NCBI GenBank assembly: GCA_030647195.1
Contig: JAUSKD010000030.1
Location: forward strand, 1,496 to 65,495
Length of the DNA: 64,000 nucleotides
Direction of reading: 5' to 3'
DNA from: Candidatus Peribacter sp.
GTDB taxonomy: Bacteria > Patescibacteriota > Gracilibacteria > Peribacterales > Peribacteraceae
The notes beneath the pieces were generated by a model. It did not search any database and was not told where the DNA came from. It was given only the letters and a program-made list of their open reading frames with translations. The translations under genes and the position numbers were made by a program. This document shows positions 40,073 through 51,521 of the stretch, piece by piece. The number at the start of each line of letters is the position of its first letter. The first letter of the stretch is position 1.

Positions 40073-42286
40073 ATGTCAGAAGACGTACGCCGTTTCCCGC
40101 TTTTTCGCGTCATCCTGTTTCACGGTGCGGGTTTTCTTTTCGCACTGTCCCCCATTGTGATCGGAGGAGCATTCGGAAATGCGGAGGCGCGTCTCGGCGT
40201 GTATCCCCACGCAGCCCTTCTGGCCCGCTGCCTCTCCTCGGGAGACATTTTCTGGAACAATCTGAATGCTTGGGGGTCCATCTCAGCACCGTTCGGGTAC
40301 GAATTCCATCCCTTTCTGCTCTTCTTCCTCCTTTTCCTTAAACCAATCATCGCCGTGCATGCGGTCACGCTCCTCTACGTGATCACCGCCGCCGTTTGTG
40401 CGACCGTCTTTCTTCATCGGGAGGGATTTTCTCCCTGGACGAGTCTGTTCGGGGGTACTGCGTATGCGTTCCTCCTGTGGTCCTGGATGTTCGAGCTGAT
40501 CCTCAGTGTGGTTCCGTCTCTTCTGATCATCACGCTGCTGGCCTTTCAGATGAGTAACCGTCGTCCGTTCATCGCTCTGTTCCTCGCCACCGTATCGCTC
40601 ACCCTCCTCTGGGCCGGCACCCACGTGCAATTCGCCGTCATGGCCTGCATCCTCTCGTGGCTGTATCTCATCATCCATGTGATGCGCGAGGGACGGTGGA
40701 AGCGCGCAATCACCGTCGGCATCAGCGCGTCCGTTGCTGGTTTTCTGCTTGCACTTCCGCGCATCATTCCTCTCATTGCACATGTCATGCTCTCCACGCG
40801 TGCTCCACTCACGACGATGCAGACAGTGGACGTGAATTTTCCTCTCTTCCTCTTCCTCCCGCGCCTGCCATTCGTTTTTCCGGGGTCACATCTGTCCTAC
40901 CAGCTGGTGCCGCACATGGGTGCGTTTGCCGGGGCATGCATCCTTCTCGCGCTCACGCGCCTCCGGCGTCTTCGGGTCTTGCGGGTGCTTCTCGGCATCG
41001 CTCTCGTTCCTCTCGCCCTCTCACTCCCGGGTGTCTCTTCCATGGCACTCGCCCTGCCGTTTGTGCCGCTCCTTGGCCCTCCCGAACGGTGGCTCTTTGT
41101 CAGCATGGTTGCGCTGATACCGGTCGCCTGCTTCGGGTTCGACACTCTGCTGCAGGGCAGCAAGAGGGGCGTTGCCCGTGTGATCGGCTGGCTGTTTGCC
41201 GGTGGCGGTATCGCCCTGCTCTGCGCGATCGTCTTCAAGGCCGCAGCGACCGGTCACCTTTCCGGCATTCCGGGGTCGCGCCTGCTGTTTCCCTCGCTGT
41301 CGCTCGTGCTTGCCGGCGTTGTCTTCCTCCGTTTCCATTCCCGTCCCGCGCTTGCGGCCGTCCTTGGCGCCCTCTCTGTGCTCCTCACCCTGTTTGGCAT
41401 GACTTTGGAGTGGCGCATCCCTGTGCAGGCCCTTCGCGGCACCCCGCTTTTCGTGCCCTCTTCGGCCGAGGAGATTTCGCATGTGTTCGCGGCAAGAGCT
41501 TCCCTGCCGCCCTCACTTTCCCGCAGCGGACACAAGCTCTACGAAGACTCGCTCTTCTATGCGAACGTCAACCTTTTTTCCGGTTTCGCTCTGACGGCGG
41601 CCAATGATCCGACGCTGCCTGCCCGGACACAGATGGTGTTGGATCTCCTGGGCGCGGAGCCACCCACCTCTCCCCTGTACGCAACGGATACGACTGATGT
41701 GCTGATCGGGCGACTGCGGTCGTATGAGCATTTGTTGCCAGCATTGGGGGTCCACTGGGTACTGAGCCCCGTTCCGTTGACGGGTTTCCGTACTCTCGTT
41801 CTCGCGCAGGTTCATCCTGTCGAAGGAGACACGAAGATGTATCGGTATGCAGTGCGCGATCCCAAACCCCTTGCCTACGTTCTTCCGTCCGTTTCGCTGG
41901 CCGAACCGGGTGTCGATGATCTGCCGGACCGGCTGAAAGCATCGGCGCGGCGTCCGGTGATCGTGGAGTGCCGCGATTGTCGCGGAGAGGTCACATCATC
42001 CGGACGTGGCACGTTCACTGTGCGTGCGGAAACCGCTTCGCAGGTTCTCGTGGATGTTACGACTCCCGAGGCGCAATGGATGGCGGTCCGGCGCATCGCA
42101 CTCCCCGGAACGGAAGTCACCGTCGATGGTCAGCCGGTCTCCTTTGGCATTGTCTATGGCGTCTTGGTCGCGGTGAACGTTCCCCCGGGCAGGCACACCG
42201 TGACCGTATCGCATTCCTATAAAACTCTTCTCAAAGACAGCCTGAAGATCCTGAGAAAGGAACGGTGTCTTTGGTTCCCTGTGTAA
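40073..42286 (+). CDS. YfhO-like multi-TM (GT-C-like) membrane protein
   Basis: Many TM segments, WNN..AWG loop, PERW, C-terminal PGTEVTVDG...AVNVPPGRHTV. Confidence 0.7.
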   Translation: MSEDVRRFPLFRVILFHGAGFLFALSPIVIGGAFGNAEARLGVYPHAALLARCLSSGDIFWNNLNAWGSISAPFGYEFHPFLLFFLLFLKPIIAVHAVTLLYVITAAVCATVFLHREGFSPWTSLFGGTAYAFLLWSWMFELILSVVPSLLIITLLAFQMSNRRPFIALFLATVSLTLLWAGTHVQFAVMACILSWLYLIIHVMREGRWKRAITVGISASVAGFLLALPRIIPLIAHVMLSTRAPLTTMQTVDVNFPLFLFLPRLPFVFPGSHLSYQLVPHMGAFAGACILLALTRLRRLRVLRVLLGIALVPLALSLPGVSSMALALPFVPLLGPPERWLFVSMVALIPVACFGFDTLLQGSKRGVARVIGWLFAGGGIALLCAIVFKAAATGHLSGIPGSRLLFPSLSLVLAGVVFLRFHSRPALAAVLGALSVLLTLFGMTLEWRIPVQALRGTPLFVPSSAEEISHVFAARASLPPSLSRSGHKLYEDSLFYANVNLFSGFALTAANDPTLPARTQMVLDLLGAEPPTSPLYATDTTDVLIGRLRSYEHLLPALGVHWVLSPVPLTGFRTLVLAQVHPVEGDTKMYRYAVRDPKPLAYVLPSVSLAEPGVDDLPDRLKASARRPVIVECRDCRGEVTSSGRGTFTVRAETASQVLVDVTTPEAQWMAVRRIALPGTEVTVDGQPVSFGIVYGVLVAVNVPPGRHTVTVSHSYKTLLKDSLKILRKERCLWFPV

Positions 42287-42359
42287 GGGGGGTCCGTTGA
42301 GAGAATGCGCCGTGTTTAATTGACCGTAAGGCCAAACGAACCTATCGTAGCCGTCTACA

Positions 42360-43214
42360 ATGAAAGTTGTCATTCTCTGTGGCGGGCAGGGGACGCGCTT
42401 GCGTGAAGAGAGCGAATATCGCCCCAAGCCTCTCATCGAGGTGGGGGAGCGGCCGATCCTGTGGCACATCATGAAGCTCTATGCGCACTACGGGCTCAAG
42501 GATTTCGTGCTGTGCCTGGGCTACAAGGGCCAGATGATCAAGGAGTACTTTCTTAATTACGAGGCGACGAACAATGACTTCACCATTCAGCTGGGCTCAC
42601 GTCCCGCCCTCGTCTACCACGGGAATCATACGGAGCAGGATTTTCGCGTGACGCTGGCGGATACGGGTCCGGATGCGATGACGGGTTCCCGCGTCAAAAA
42701 AGTCGCGCACCATCTGACCGATCAGACATTCCTTCTGACGTACGGCGATGGTGTCAGCAACGTGAATATCGATCAGCTCATCACCTTCCACCGCTCACAT
42801 GGCAAGCTGGCCACGGTGACGACAGTCCGTCCCCACTCGCGGTTCGGTGTCGTTGAAATGCAGGAGGACGGACACATCATTTCCTTTGCCGAAAAGCCGC
42901 AGATGGATGGCTGGGCCAGTGCCGGCTACTTCGTGTGCGAGAGGGGCGTACTCGATTACCTCGATGTCGACAGCAACTGTTCTTTCGAGCAGGAACCGCT
43001 CCACCGCCTCGCACAGGACGGGCAACTGATGGCCTACCGGCACGAAGGATTCTTCTATGCCATGGATACCCATCGCGAGTACCTCTTCCTGAATGAGATG
43101 TGGAAGAAAGGAAATGCACCATGGGCGGTCTGGCAGCATCCGAAAGAGAAAATGATACTGCCCGCCTCCGTTGAGGGGGTGAGCGGTAAGCGCGCAGCTC
43201 TCTCTGCCGTATGA
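42360..43214 (+). CDS. rfbF: Glucose-1-phosphate cytidylyltransferase
   Basis: [32 protein letters not shown]. Confidence 0.93.
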   Translation: MKVVILCGGQGTRLREESEYRPKPLIEVGERPILWHIMKLYAHYGLKDFVLCLGYKGQMIKEYFLNYEATNNDFTIQLGSRPALVYHGNHTEQDFRVTLADTGPDAMTGSRVKKVAHHLTDQTFLLTYGDGVSNVNIDQLITFHRSHGKLATVTTVRPHSRFGVVEMQEDGHIISFAEKPQMDGWASAGYFVCERGVLDYLDVDSNCSFEQEPLHRLAQDGQLMAYRHEGFFYAMDTHREYLFLNEMWKKGNAPWAVWQHPKEKMILPASVEGVSGKRAALSAV

Positions 43215-44197
43215 GCAAGGAAACCGCATCATTCTGGCGCGATCGTCCCACCTGTGTCACGGGTGCGACGGGTCTCGTGGGAATCTGGCTCGTTCGCCGA
43301 TTGGTGGAGGCGGGAGCACAGGTGATTTGCCCCGTCCGCGACTGGGTTCCGCAATCCGATCTGCTGCGTTCCCCGTTGAACGAGCGCGTGGTTTTGGTGC
43401 GCGGAGATGTGCAGGATCAGGCTTTTTTGGAGCGCGTCCTTGGCGAGTATGAAATAGACACCGTCATCCACCTGGCCGCGCAGACGATCGTCGGGATCGC
43501 AAATCGCAATCCCATTTCCACCTTTGAATCCAATATTCAGGGCACCTGGACACTGCTCGAGGCCTGCCGCCGCAGCCCGCTCGTGCGGCAGATCGTCGTC
43601 GCCTCCTCGGACAAGGCCTACGGCGATCAGGAAAAGCTTCCGTATACCGAAGAAGCCCCGCTGCAGGGGCGCCATCCGTACGACGTCAGCAAATCCTGTG
43701 CCGATCTGATTGCCCGTTCCTATGCCGAGACGTACGGGCTTCCTGCGGTCATCACGCGCTGCGGGAATTTCTACGGTGGAGGGGATTTGAACTGGAATCG
43801 CATCGTTCCGGGCACGATCCGCTCGATCCTGCGGTCCACGCCACCCGTTATCCGCTCGGATGGGAAGAACATTCGTGATTATTTCTACGTCGAGGACGGC
43901 GCGGCGGCCTACATGCTCCTCGCGGAGAAGCTCGCAGAGCATCCGGAGCTTCGGGGCCAGTCTTTCAACTTCAGCAACGAGGAACAAATGACAGTGCTCG
44001 ATCTCACGCAGCGCATACTCACGCTCATGGGCAGCGATCTCAAACCCGAAATTCGCAACGAGGCGACAAACGAGATCCGTCACCAGTACCTGAGTGCGGC
44101 AAAAGCACGCAAAGTGCTCGGATGGAAGCCGCTCTTCGGGCTCGATGAAGGCCTCAAGAAAACAATCGAGTGGTACCGCGGATTTTTCGCCTCGTAG
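43211..44197 (+). CDS. rfbG: CDP-glucose 4,6-dehydratase-like enzyme
   Basis: [37 protein letters not shown]; coupled to rfbF. Confidence 0.75.
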   Translation: MSKETASFWRDRPTCVTGATGLVGIWLVRRLVEAGAQVICPVRDWVPQSDLLRSPLNERVVLVRGDVQDQAFLERVLGEYEIDTVIHLAAQTIVGIANRNPISTFESNIQGTWTLLEACRRSPLVRQIVVASSDKAYGDQEKLPYTEEAPLQGRHPYDVSKSCADLIARSYAETYGLPAVITRCGNFYGGGDLNWNRIVPGTIRSILRSTPPVIRSDGKNIRDYFYVEDGAAAYMLLAEKLAEHPELRGQSFNFSNEEQMTVLDLTQRILTLMGSDLKPEIRNEATNEIRHQYLSAAKARKVLGWKPLFGLDEGLKKTIEWYRGFFAS

Positions 44198-44212
44198 CAT
44201 TTCCATTCATAC

Positions 44213-45235
44213 ATGAAACCTCTTCCTGCGGTCGACCTTGAATCGGTGTTGGCGGATACGCGGGATCTGTGGGAGGAATTTCGCGGAAACAAACTCTTTC
44301 TCACGGGTGCGACGGGTTTCATGGGATGCTGGTTGCTCGAGTCATTCGCGTGGGCGTGCGATCATCTCGGCCTGGATGCGCACGTGGTTGCGCTGACCCG
44401 CGACCCGGATCGTTTTGCGGCGAAGGCTCCCCACCTTGCCTCGCATCCGTCGATTGCTCTCGTGCAGGGGGATGTGCGGTCATTCACGTTTCCCGCCGGT
44501 TCTTTTTCTCACATCATCCATGGGGCGGCACAACCTTCCGCCGCGACGTCGCAACCGCTTCAGCGCGAGATCATTGTTGAGGGTACGCGACGGGTTCTCA
44601 CCTTCGGCCGTGCATGCGGCGCATCGAAATCATTGTTCTTAAGCTCCGGCGCGGTTTACGGCACTCAGCCGCCATCATGTTCCCATATGCCGGAGGACGA
44701 GACGGCCGTTGCGCGTCCCCTCACCGTTCCTTCCGCATATGCGGATGGCAAGCGCGAGGCGGAACGATTGTGGCGGGAGGAGCAGGCGCCGGGGCAACGG
44801 ACCATCGCACGATGTTTTGCATTCTTAGGACCGCACCTTCCCCTCGACGGACAGTTCGCCGCGGGGAATTTTATCCGTGACGGACTCAACGGCGGACCGA
44901 TCCGGGTGAACGGGGACGGGACACCCTTCCGTTCGTACCTCTATGCCGCCGATCTCGTTGTGTGGCTGCTCACGATCCTGTGTAAGGGCACGGCCGGGCG
45001 GGCGTACAACGTCGGATCCGAGCAGGCCGTCAGCATTCTCGAGCTCGCACATTCAGTGGCGGCAGCGTTTTCGCCGAAGCCGGCTGTTTCGGTGTTGCAG
45101 AAACCCGTTCCCGGGGCTTTTCCGGCACGCTACGTTCCCTCAACGCTGCGCGCCCGTACTGAGCTTCATCTGAAGGAAAATTTCCCGCTTGCTTCGGCTA
45201 TCCAGGCCACGGTCTCGTGGTACGCTACGGATTAG
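44213..45235 (+). CDS. NAD-dependent epimerase/dehydratase/reductase
   Basis: TGATGFMG, SSGAVYG, YADGK, GDGTPFRSYLY. Confidence 0.85.
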   Translation: MKPLPAVDLESVLADTRDLWEEFRGNKLFLTGATGFMGCWLLESFAWACDHLGLDAHVVALTRDPDRFAAKAPHLASHPSIALVQGDVRSFTFPAGSFSHIIHGAAQPSAATSQPLQREIIVEGTRRVLTFGRACGASKSLFLSSGAVYGTQPPSCSHMPEDETAVARPLTVPSAYADGKREAERLWREEQAPGQRTIARCFAFLGPHLPLDGQFAAGNFIRDGLNGGPIRVNGDGTPFRSYLYAADLVVWLLTILCKGTAGRAYNVGSEQAVSILELAHSVAAAFSPKPAVSVLQKPVPGAFPARYVPSTLRARTELHLKENFPLASAIQATVSWYATD

Positions 45236-45255
45236 TTTTTCCCGCAGTGAGCCCT

Positions 45256-46185
45256 ATGCGAACCATCAGCGTCGTCACCCCGACGTTCAACGAGGAGGCC
45301 AATGTCCGCGAGCTCTATCGGCAGACGAAGGAGGTTTTCGCCGGACTGCCCGCGTACCGGTACGAGCACATTTTCATCGACAACGCTTCAACCGATCGTA
45401 CCGTTGCGATCCTGAAAGAAATCGCTGCCACGGATCCGCAGGTGAAAGTCATCGTCAACGCGCGGAATTTCGGACACATCCGTTCACCATACTATGGTCT
45501 GCTGCAGGCATCCGGCGATGCGGCGATTCTGATTGTCGCCGACCTGCAAGATCCTCCCTCCCTCATTCCCACATTCGTTGAGCGGTGGGAACAGGGCGAG
45601 AAGATCGTCATCGCCGTCAAAACGGCCAGCGGGGAATCGCCCCTGCTCTTCGCCATCCGCAAGCTCTACTACCGCCTCGTATCGAGTCTGTCAGAGACAC
45701 CGTTGATCAGAAATTTTTCCGGCTTCGGTCTGTATGACCGCTCCGTTCTGGATGTGCTCCGGACGATTCAGGATCCGTACCCCTACTTCCGCGGACTCGT
45801 GCTGGAAGTCGGCCCCAAACCATCGATTGTTCCTTTCCAGCAGCCGCAGCGAAAACGGGGCATCTCCAAAAACAACTTCTACACGCTCTACGATATCGCG
45901 ATGCTCGGCATTACCAGCCACTCCAAGGTACCGCTCCGTATCGCGACGATTGCAGGGTTCTTTCTCTCTGCCGTGGGCTTGCTGGTCGCATTGGGATATC
46001 TGGTCGCCAAGTTGGTCTTCTGGAACACCTTTTCGGCGGGGATCGCGCCGATTGTCGTCGGCGGATTCATCTTCTTCTCCATACAACTGTTCTTCATCGG
46101 GCTCATCGGAGAATACGTTGCTGCCATCCACACGCAGACACTCCGACGGCCCTTGGTTACGGAGAAGGAGCGCGTCAATTTCTGA
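45256..46185 (+). CDS. GT2 polyprenyl-phosphate glycosyltransferase (GtrB-like)
   Basis: PTFNEE, DNASTD, RNFG, ADLQDPP, two C-terminal TMs. Confidence 0.88.
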   Translation: MRTISVVTPTFNEEANVRELYRQTKEVFAGLPAYRYEHIFIDNASTDRTVAILKEIAATDPQVKVIVNARNFGHIRSPYYGLLQASGDAAILIVADLQDPPSLIPTFVERWEQGEKIVIAVKTASGESPLLFAIRKLYYRLVSSLSETPLIRNFSGFGLYDRSVLDVLRTIQDPYPYFRGLVLEVGPKPSIVPFQQPQRKRGISKNNFYTLYDIAMLGITSHSKVPLRIATIAGFFLSAVGLLVALGYLVAKLVFWNTFSAGIAPIVVGGFIFFSIQLFFIGLIGEYVAAIHTQTLRRPLVTEKERVNF

Positions 46186-46191
46186 TCTTCA

Positions 46192-47907
46192 TCACGTTTT
46201 TTCGTTCATGCCGACCGGATTCACATGAGGTTCCATATCGGTCATCGGTCTGCCGAAGGCGATTTTTGGGTAGGCATTGAGCGACTGATCCACCATCACC
46301 TGCAACAGGCACGGTTCCGTAGGCTCCTGCCAGAGCCACCGCACGGCGTCCGGCACCTCTCCTGATTCGACAACCGTCCGCGCTGCGATGCCGTAAGCGC
46401 TGGCGATGCGCGTGAAATCCGGCGCGCTGTATCCCCACACGGTGGATTGGTACCGTCCCTCAAAGTAGCTGTCCTGAAATTGCCGCACCATTCCGTATGA
46501 ATCATTGTGCATGATGATGATTTTGATGGGCAGGTGGTTACGGACGACTGTCTGGAGCTCCTGGATATTCAGTTGGAAACCCCCATCTCCTGCAATCACT
46601 ACCACCGGATGCGGTCGCGTGACGCATGCGACGCCGATTGCGGCCGGGAGGGCATAGCCCATGGCGCCCATACCGCCTGGTGTCAGGAAACGCTGTCCCT
46701 GTTTCCTCTCCACCGACTGTGCCGCCCACATCTGGTGCAGGCCGACATCCGTAACATATGCGGCGGCTGCTCCGGACTGTGACGAGAGGGCGTGCATGAA
46801 AACGTTCGGGTTGATCCCGCGCACATCCTTCAATTCCGACGTATCGGGCCAGCGGTCGCGCAGTTCGCCGATCTCCTTTCGCCAACTCTGGTATCGGTCG
46901 CTGCTGTCCGGCAGAGCGTTCAGGATGTGCGGGAGGATATCGGCGATGTCAGCGACGATCGGTATGCAGCCACGGATGCGATGATTGATTTCCCCAACAT
47001 CGCAGTCTATGTGAATGACGGTGCGTTCCCCTTTCCACGCAACAGTGTCCGCTCCCGTCTGGCGAATATCCAGGCGACTGCCGATGACGATGACGCAGTC
47101 GCTGCGTCCGACGGCAAGGTTGGCCCACCGGTTTCCGTAGGTGCCGATCATGCCCACAGAGAGAGGATGATCGGAGGGGAGGACATCTAACCCGAGCAGG
47201 GAGTGAACAACTGGGACATGCGCGCGCTCGGCGAAGCGCGTCAGAGCATCTGCGGCCATCGCCGTTCTCACACCGCTTCCGACGAGGATGAGCGGCCGTG
47301 CGGCTGCAGCAAGTGCCTGCAAGAGGCCGTCGAGAGCGGGGACCGCGCATGTATCCGGAGAAGACGCTTCGCTCGGCAGTGGAGAGAAAGGGATGTCGCC
47401 ACTCTGGATATCCAGTGGGATATCGAGGAGTACCGGCCCCGGTCGTCCCTCCATCGCAATCGCATACGCCCGTTCCAGTGATGGCAGCAGATCATCGGGT
47501 TCACGGACCTGCCATGCAGCCTTCGTGACGGGAACCGCCATAGAAACAATGTCCGTTTCCTGAAATCCCACCTGGCGGACGGGACGATCCCCCTTAAGTT
47601 CGTGCCGGTTCACCTGCCCTGTGATAAAAATGGCGGGCGAAGAGTCGAAGAAGCAGCTTCCGATGCCCGTAAGCAGGTTTGTAGCTCCCGGACCGCTCGT
47701 TGCCATCGCGATGCCAGGCTTGCCCGTCATCCTTCCCACTGCATCGGCCGCGAATGCGGTTGATTGCTCGTGATGCATGCTCACGATGGGTATCTGGATG
47801 GCATGCAGCGAATCCAGAATGTGTGCGATCATTCCGCCCACCACCTCGAAGACGCAGGGTACTTCTTTCCGCCTCAGAAAATCCGCAATCAGGGCACTCG
47901 CTTTCAC
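46192..47907 (-). CDS. ThDP-dependent acetolactate-synthase-like carboligase (YerE-like by context)
   Basis: [30 protein letters not shown]...NDSYGMVRQ; GTG start at 47907. Confidence 0.85.
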   Translation of the reverse strand: MKASALIADFLRRKEVPCVFEVVGGMIAHILDSLHAIQIPIVSMHHEQSTAFAADAVGRMTGKPGIAMATSGPGATNLLTGIGSCFFDSSPAIFITGQVNRHELKGDRPVRQVGFQETDIVSMAVPVTKAAWQVREPDDLLPSLERAYAIAMEGRPGPVLLDIPLDIQSGDIPFSPLPSEASSPDTCAVPALDGLLQALAAAARPLILVGSGVRTAMAADALTRFAERAHVPVVHSLLGLDVLPSDHPLSVGMIGTYGNRWANLAVGRSDCVIVIGSRLDIRQTGADTVAWKGERTVIHIDCDVGEINHRIRGCIPIVADIADILPHILNALPDSSDRYQSWRKEIGELRDRWPDTSELKDVRGINPNVFMHALSSQSGAAAAYVTDVGLHQMWAAQSVERKQGQRFLTPGGMGAMGYALPAAIGVACVTRPHPVVVIAGDGGFQLNIQELQTVVRNHLPIKIIIMHNDSYGMVRQFQDSYFEGRYQSTVWGYSAPDFTRIASAYGIAARTVVESGEVPDAVRWLWQEPTEPCLLQVMVDQSLNAYPKIAFGRPMTDMEPHVNPVGMNEKT

Positions 47908-48073
47908 GCGGAAAATATACAGGATGAACACAGCGACCACAATGAATGCCGTTGAGAATCTGGGCTATTCTTTGCGTTCCATTGGCAAAATCAGACCATG
48001 GATTGCCTCTCTGAAAACCCTGTTCATTCACACAGATTTTCCCTCACAGCGCTTCCAGCCGTGTACAATGAGC

Positions 48074-49123
48074 ATGACCATGTCGCGACGTGCTCTGATC
48101 ACCGGCATCACCGGTCAGGACGGTTCCTACCTGGCCGAGTTTCTCCTGACGAAGGGATACGCAGTGCACGGGCTCGTACGACGCGCCTCCACGTTCAACC
48201 GCGGGCGCATCGAACACCTGTTCAAGGATGTGTCGAGGGATGCGCCGAATTTCCAGCTGCACTACGGCGATCTGGCCGATTCAAATTCGCTCATCCGCAT
48301 CCTCACGATTGCGAAGCCGGATGAGGTGTACAACCTCGCCGCGCAGAGCCATGTCGGCGTGAGCTTTGATACGCCGGAGTACACCGGAGACATCACGGGC
48401 ATCGGGACGACGCGCCTTCTCGAGGCTCTTCGGACGATCGGTCTTCCCACCCGGTTCTATCAGGCCAGCTCGAGCGAGCTCTACGGCAAGGCTCTCACCA
48501 CGCCGCAGAACGAAGACACGCCGTTCTACCCCCGCAGTCCCTATGGGTGTGCCAAGGCGTACGCCTATTACCTCACCCGGAACTATCGCGAGAGCTACGG
48601 GATGTTCGCGGTGAACGGCATTCTCTTCAATCACGAATCCCCCCGGCGCGGTGAGAACTTCGTCACGCGCAAGATCACTCTGAGTATTGCCAATATCCTC
48701 GCGGGTCGGCAGGAGTGCCTGTACCTCGGCAACCTGGAGGCCAAGCGTGACTGGGGGTATGCCAAGGAGTTCGTCGAAGGCATGTGGATGATGCTCCAGC
48801 AGCCCGTACCGGATGATTTCGTCCTCGCGACGGGCAGGGCGGCCACCGTCCGTGAATTTCTGGAGCTCGCGCTCACAGAGGCTCGCATTCCGTTCGAGCG
48901 CACCGGCATCGGCAAAGAGGAGGCCTACCGCGACACGCGGACGGGAAAGGTCATCGTAAAAATCGACCCGCACTACTATCGCCCGGCGGAGGTGGATTTT
49001 CTGGTAGGAGATGCCTCCAAGGCACGCAGTAAACTCGGCTGGCAGCCCAAGACTTCACTCCCCGAACTCGTGGCAATCATGATGGAGGCAGATCTCAAGC
49101 TCGCAGGGGTACAGAAAGCGTGA
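48074..49123 (+). CDS. gmd: GDP-mannose 4,6-dehydratase
   Basis: [46 protein letters not shown]. Confidence 0.95.
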   Translation: MTMSRRALITGITGQDGSYLAEFLLTKGYAVHGLVRRASTFNRGRIEHLFKDVSRDAPNFQLHYGDLADSNSLIRILTIAKPDEVYNLAAQSHVGVSFDTPEYTGDITGIGTTRLLEALRTIGLPTRFYQASSSELYGKALTTPQNEDTPFYPRSPYGCAKAYAYYLTRNYRESYGMFAVNGILFNHESPRRGENFVTRKITLSIANILAGRQECLYLGNLEAKRDWGYAKEFVEGMWMMLQQPVPDDFVLATGRAATVREFLELALTEARIPFERTGIGKEEAYRDTRTGKVIVKIDPHYYRPAEVDFLVGDASKARSKLGWQPKTSLPELVAIMMEADLKLAGVQKA

Positions 49124-49170
49124 GGAATCCATGCCCGTTTTTGTGGCTCCGTACCGTTTTTCGTGGCAAA

Positions 49171-50538
49171 ATGCCCATCACGGTTATGGAAGAATCCTAC
49201 GTCCATCCCCGGTCACGGCAGTCCTTCTTCTCCGGTGCTTCCGTTCACAAGGAAAAGAAGCAGTGGGGCGAGGAGCACTGGATCGTGAACAAGGAGTACT
49301 GCGGCAAGAAGCTGCTCCTCAAAAAAGACCGTCGTTGCAGCCTGCACACGCACAAACAGAAGGACGAAGTCTTCTACATTCAGAAGGGGCGCGTGCTTCT
49401 GGAGCTTGGCAAGGAGAGCCGCACGCTTACACCCGGCGATTTCGTGCACATTCCGTCGAACACACCCCATCGTTTCACGGGACTACAGGACAGCGAAATA
49501 TTCGAGTTTTCCACCACGCACAGTGAGGACGACAGTTTCCGCACGGAGTACTCTGGTCATGTGGAGCAGAAACGCTACGACCGGCAGGCCGCGCTGATCC
49601 GTTCATTCAAGAAGTGTTCGGTGCTCGTCGTGGGGGATGTGATGCTCGATACGTACTTCTCGGGGTCCGTCGACCGCATCTCGCCCGAGGCGCCCATTCC
49701 CGTGGTGCACTTTCGGCAGAAGACGTCCTTCCCCGGTGGCGCGGCGAACGCGGCACGCAACATCGCGGCACTCGGCGCGCGCGCAACTCTGCTGGGACTG
49801 AGGGGTGATGATGATGCGGGTCGGGAGCTCGATGCCCTGATTAAGAAAGAGAAGGTTCGCTCCCTCCTGCTCGTGGATCCCAAGCGCTCGACCACGCAGA
49901 AGCAGCGCATCGTCGCGGGGTCAAAGCACCAGATCGTTCGTCTGGATATCGAGGAGCAGTCCTCTCCGTCACCGGCCCAGGTGCGCTCCCTCCTCAAGCG
50001 CGTGGAACGGGAACTCTCCAAACATGATGTGCTCCTGCTCTCGGACTATGCGAAGGGGATTTTCACCCCTGCGGTGCTGCGCGCCTGCATCGCGCTCGCG
50101 CGCCGGAAGAAGAAGCCCGTTGTGCTCGACCCCAAGCCCCTCGATGCCTCCTACCTTGCCTCTGCGCGCGGCGTAACCCTGATGACGCCCAACCGCCGCG
50201 AAGCTCTGCTCCTCTCGGGCCGGGCGAATATCTCCCCCGAGGAGACGGGAAAGATCCTGGCAACCGCACTCAAGACCGATATCCTTCTCACGCTGGGGGC
50301 GGATGGCATGCTGCTTTCGCACCCCCGCAAGGCTCACGAGCGCTTTCCCACGTTCGTGCGCGAGGTGGCCGATGTCTCGGGTGCCGGCGATACGGTGGTT
50401 GCCGTCCTTGCAATTGTTCTGGGACTCAAAGGAAAGCTTCTGGATGCCGTCGATCTCTCGAACCGCGCTGCGGGCATCGTCGTCGGCAAGGCGGGTACGG
50501 CCACGGTCTCTCCCGCAGAGCTCCTCGACGTGCTATGA
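49171..50538 (+). CDS. Fusion: N-terminal cupin + heptose-7-phosphate kinase (HldE/RfaE domain I)
   Basis: KQWGEE..CSLHTHKQKDEVF..PHRF cupin, then VVGDVMLD, RISPEAP, GGAANAA, SDYAKG, TPNRRE, DVSGAGDT. Confidence 0.88.
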   Translation: MPITVMEESYVHPRSRQSFFSGASVHKEKKQWGEEHWIVNKEYCGKKLLLKKDRRCSLHTHKQKDEVFYIQKGRVLLELGKESRTLTPGDFVHIPSNTPHRFTGLQDSEIFEFSTTHSEDDSFRTEYSGHVEQKRYDRQAALIRSFKKCSVLVVGDVMLDTYFSGSVDRISPEAPIPVVHFRQKTSFPGGAANAARNIAALGARATLLGLRGDDDAGRELDALIKKEKVRSLLLVDPKRSTTQKQRIVAGSKHQIVRLDIEEQSSPSPAQVRSLLKRVERELSKHDVLLLSDYAKGIFTPAVLRACIALARRKKKPVVLDPKPLDASYLASARGVTLMTPNRREALLLSGRANISPEETGKILATALKTDILLTLGADGMLLSHPRKAHERFPTFVREVADVSGAGDTVVAVLAIVLGLKGKLLDAVDLSNRAAGIVVGKAGTATVSPAELLDVL

Positions 50539-51521
50539 AGAACCTGCTTCTCGATTTCGATGGGACGTTGATCGCGGACAACGGGGGGTTGGCGTACGAC
50601 CCGGCAACGGTGATATTGCTTCCCGGCGTCGTGGAGGGACTGAAGCGTTTCCGTGATATCGGCGTGCGCTTCTTCATTGTCACGAATCAGTCCAAGATCA
50701 GCCGGGGAATCTGTACGGAAGCAGATGTGGTCGCCTGCATTGATCGCGTGACTCATTTGCTCAAAGAGGAGGGTATTACCATCGAGGGAGCGCAGTGGTG
50801 TCCGCACCGTTCGGAAGATGCGTGTGACTGTCGCAAGCCCAAAACCGGGATGTGGAAGGCGCTCCAGCGGCGCTTTTCTGATCTCAGGGCGTCTGAAACC
50901 GTCATCGTGGGCGACTCGGACAGGGATATTGAGCTCGGCCAGGCGATCGGCTGCACGACCGCGCGCATCCTCTCGTCACTGTACCCGCGGACCGTGGCGG
51001 CCGAGTACCTCGTACGGTCAATGAATGAGCTGGCCGACATCCTCCTCGCCCCGGCAGACCGGCTGTACCAGTTTCACGAAGTGGTGGAATTTGCAGAGGG
51101 CATTCATGCGCAGGGGCATTCCATCGTCACGACCAACGGCGCATTCGATCTCTTTCATGCGGGGCACCGGTATGTGATCGACGAGGCGCACAAGCACGGG
51201 GATTTTCTCGTCGTCGGGATCAACAGCGATGCCTCGGTGCGCAGGGCGAAAGGCGAAGGGCGCCCGATACAGAATGAGGAAACCCGTGCGCGCATGGTTG
51301 CCCGGTTTGCGGATGCCGTTTTCATCTTTGATGACGATGATCCGCGGCTGTGGCTGCCCAAGATCAAGCCGCAGGCGCACGTGAATGCGGCAACCTATGG
51401 CGAGCAGTGCGTCGAACGACCGGTCTTGGACCAGATCGGGGCGAAACTCGTCCTCGTTCCCGTGAAAAAGGAGCTGGGTTCCACGACGCAATTCCTCTCT
51501 GACTCACTTTCCTCCCGCTGA
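50535..51521 (+). CDS. Fusion: GmhB-type heptose bisphosphate phosphatase + heptose-1-P nucleotidyltransferase (RfaE domain II)
   Basis: DFDGTL, TNQS, CPH..CDCRKP, VGDSDRD; then TNGAFDLFHAGH, GINSDASVRRAKGEGRP, STT. Confidence 0.88.
   Translation: MKNLLLDFDGTLIADNGGLAYDPATVILLPGVVEGLKRFRDIGVRFFIVTNQSKISRGICTEADVVACIDRVTHLLKEEGITIEGAQWCPHRSEDACDCRKPKTGMWKALQRRFSDLRASETVIVGDSDRDIELGQAIGCTTARILSSLYPRTVAAEYLVRSMNELADILLAPADRLYQFHEVVEFAEGIHAQGHSIVTTNGAFDLFHAGHRYVIDEAHKHGDFLVVGINSDASVRRAKGEGRPIQNEETRARMVARFADAVFIFDDDDPRLWLPKIKPQAHVNAATYGEQCVERPVLDQIGAKLVLVPVKKELGSTTQFLSDSLSSR

Noticed and set aside
46192-47907. ilvB for branched-chain amino acid synthesis
   Set aside because: No ilvN/C/D nearby; the CDP-sugar context favours a sugar carboligase
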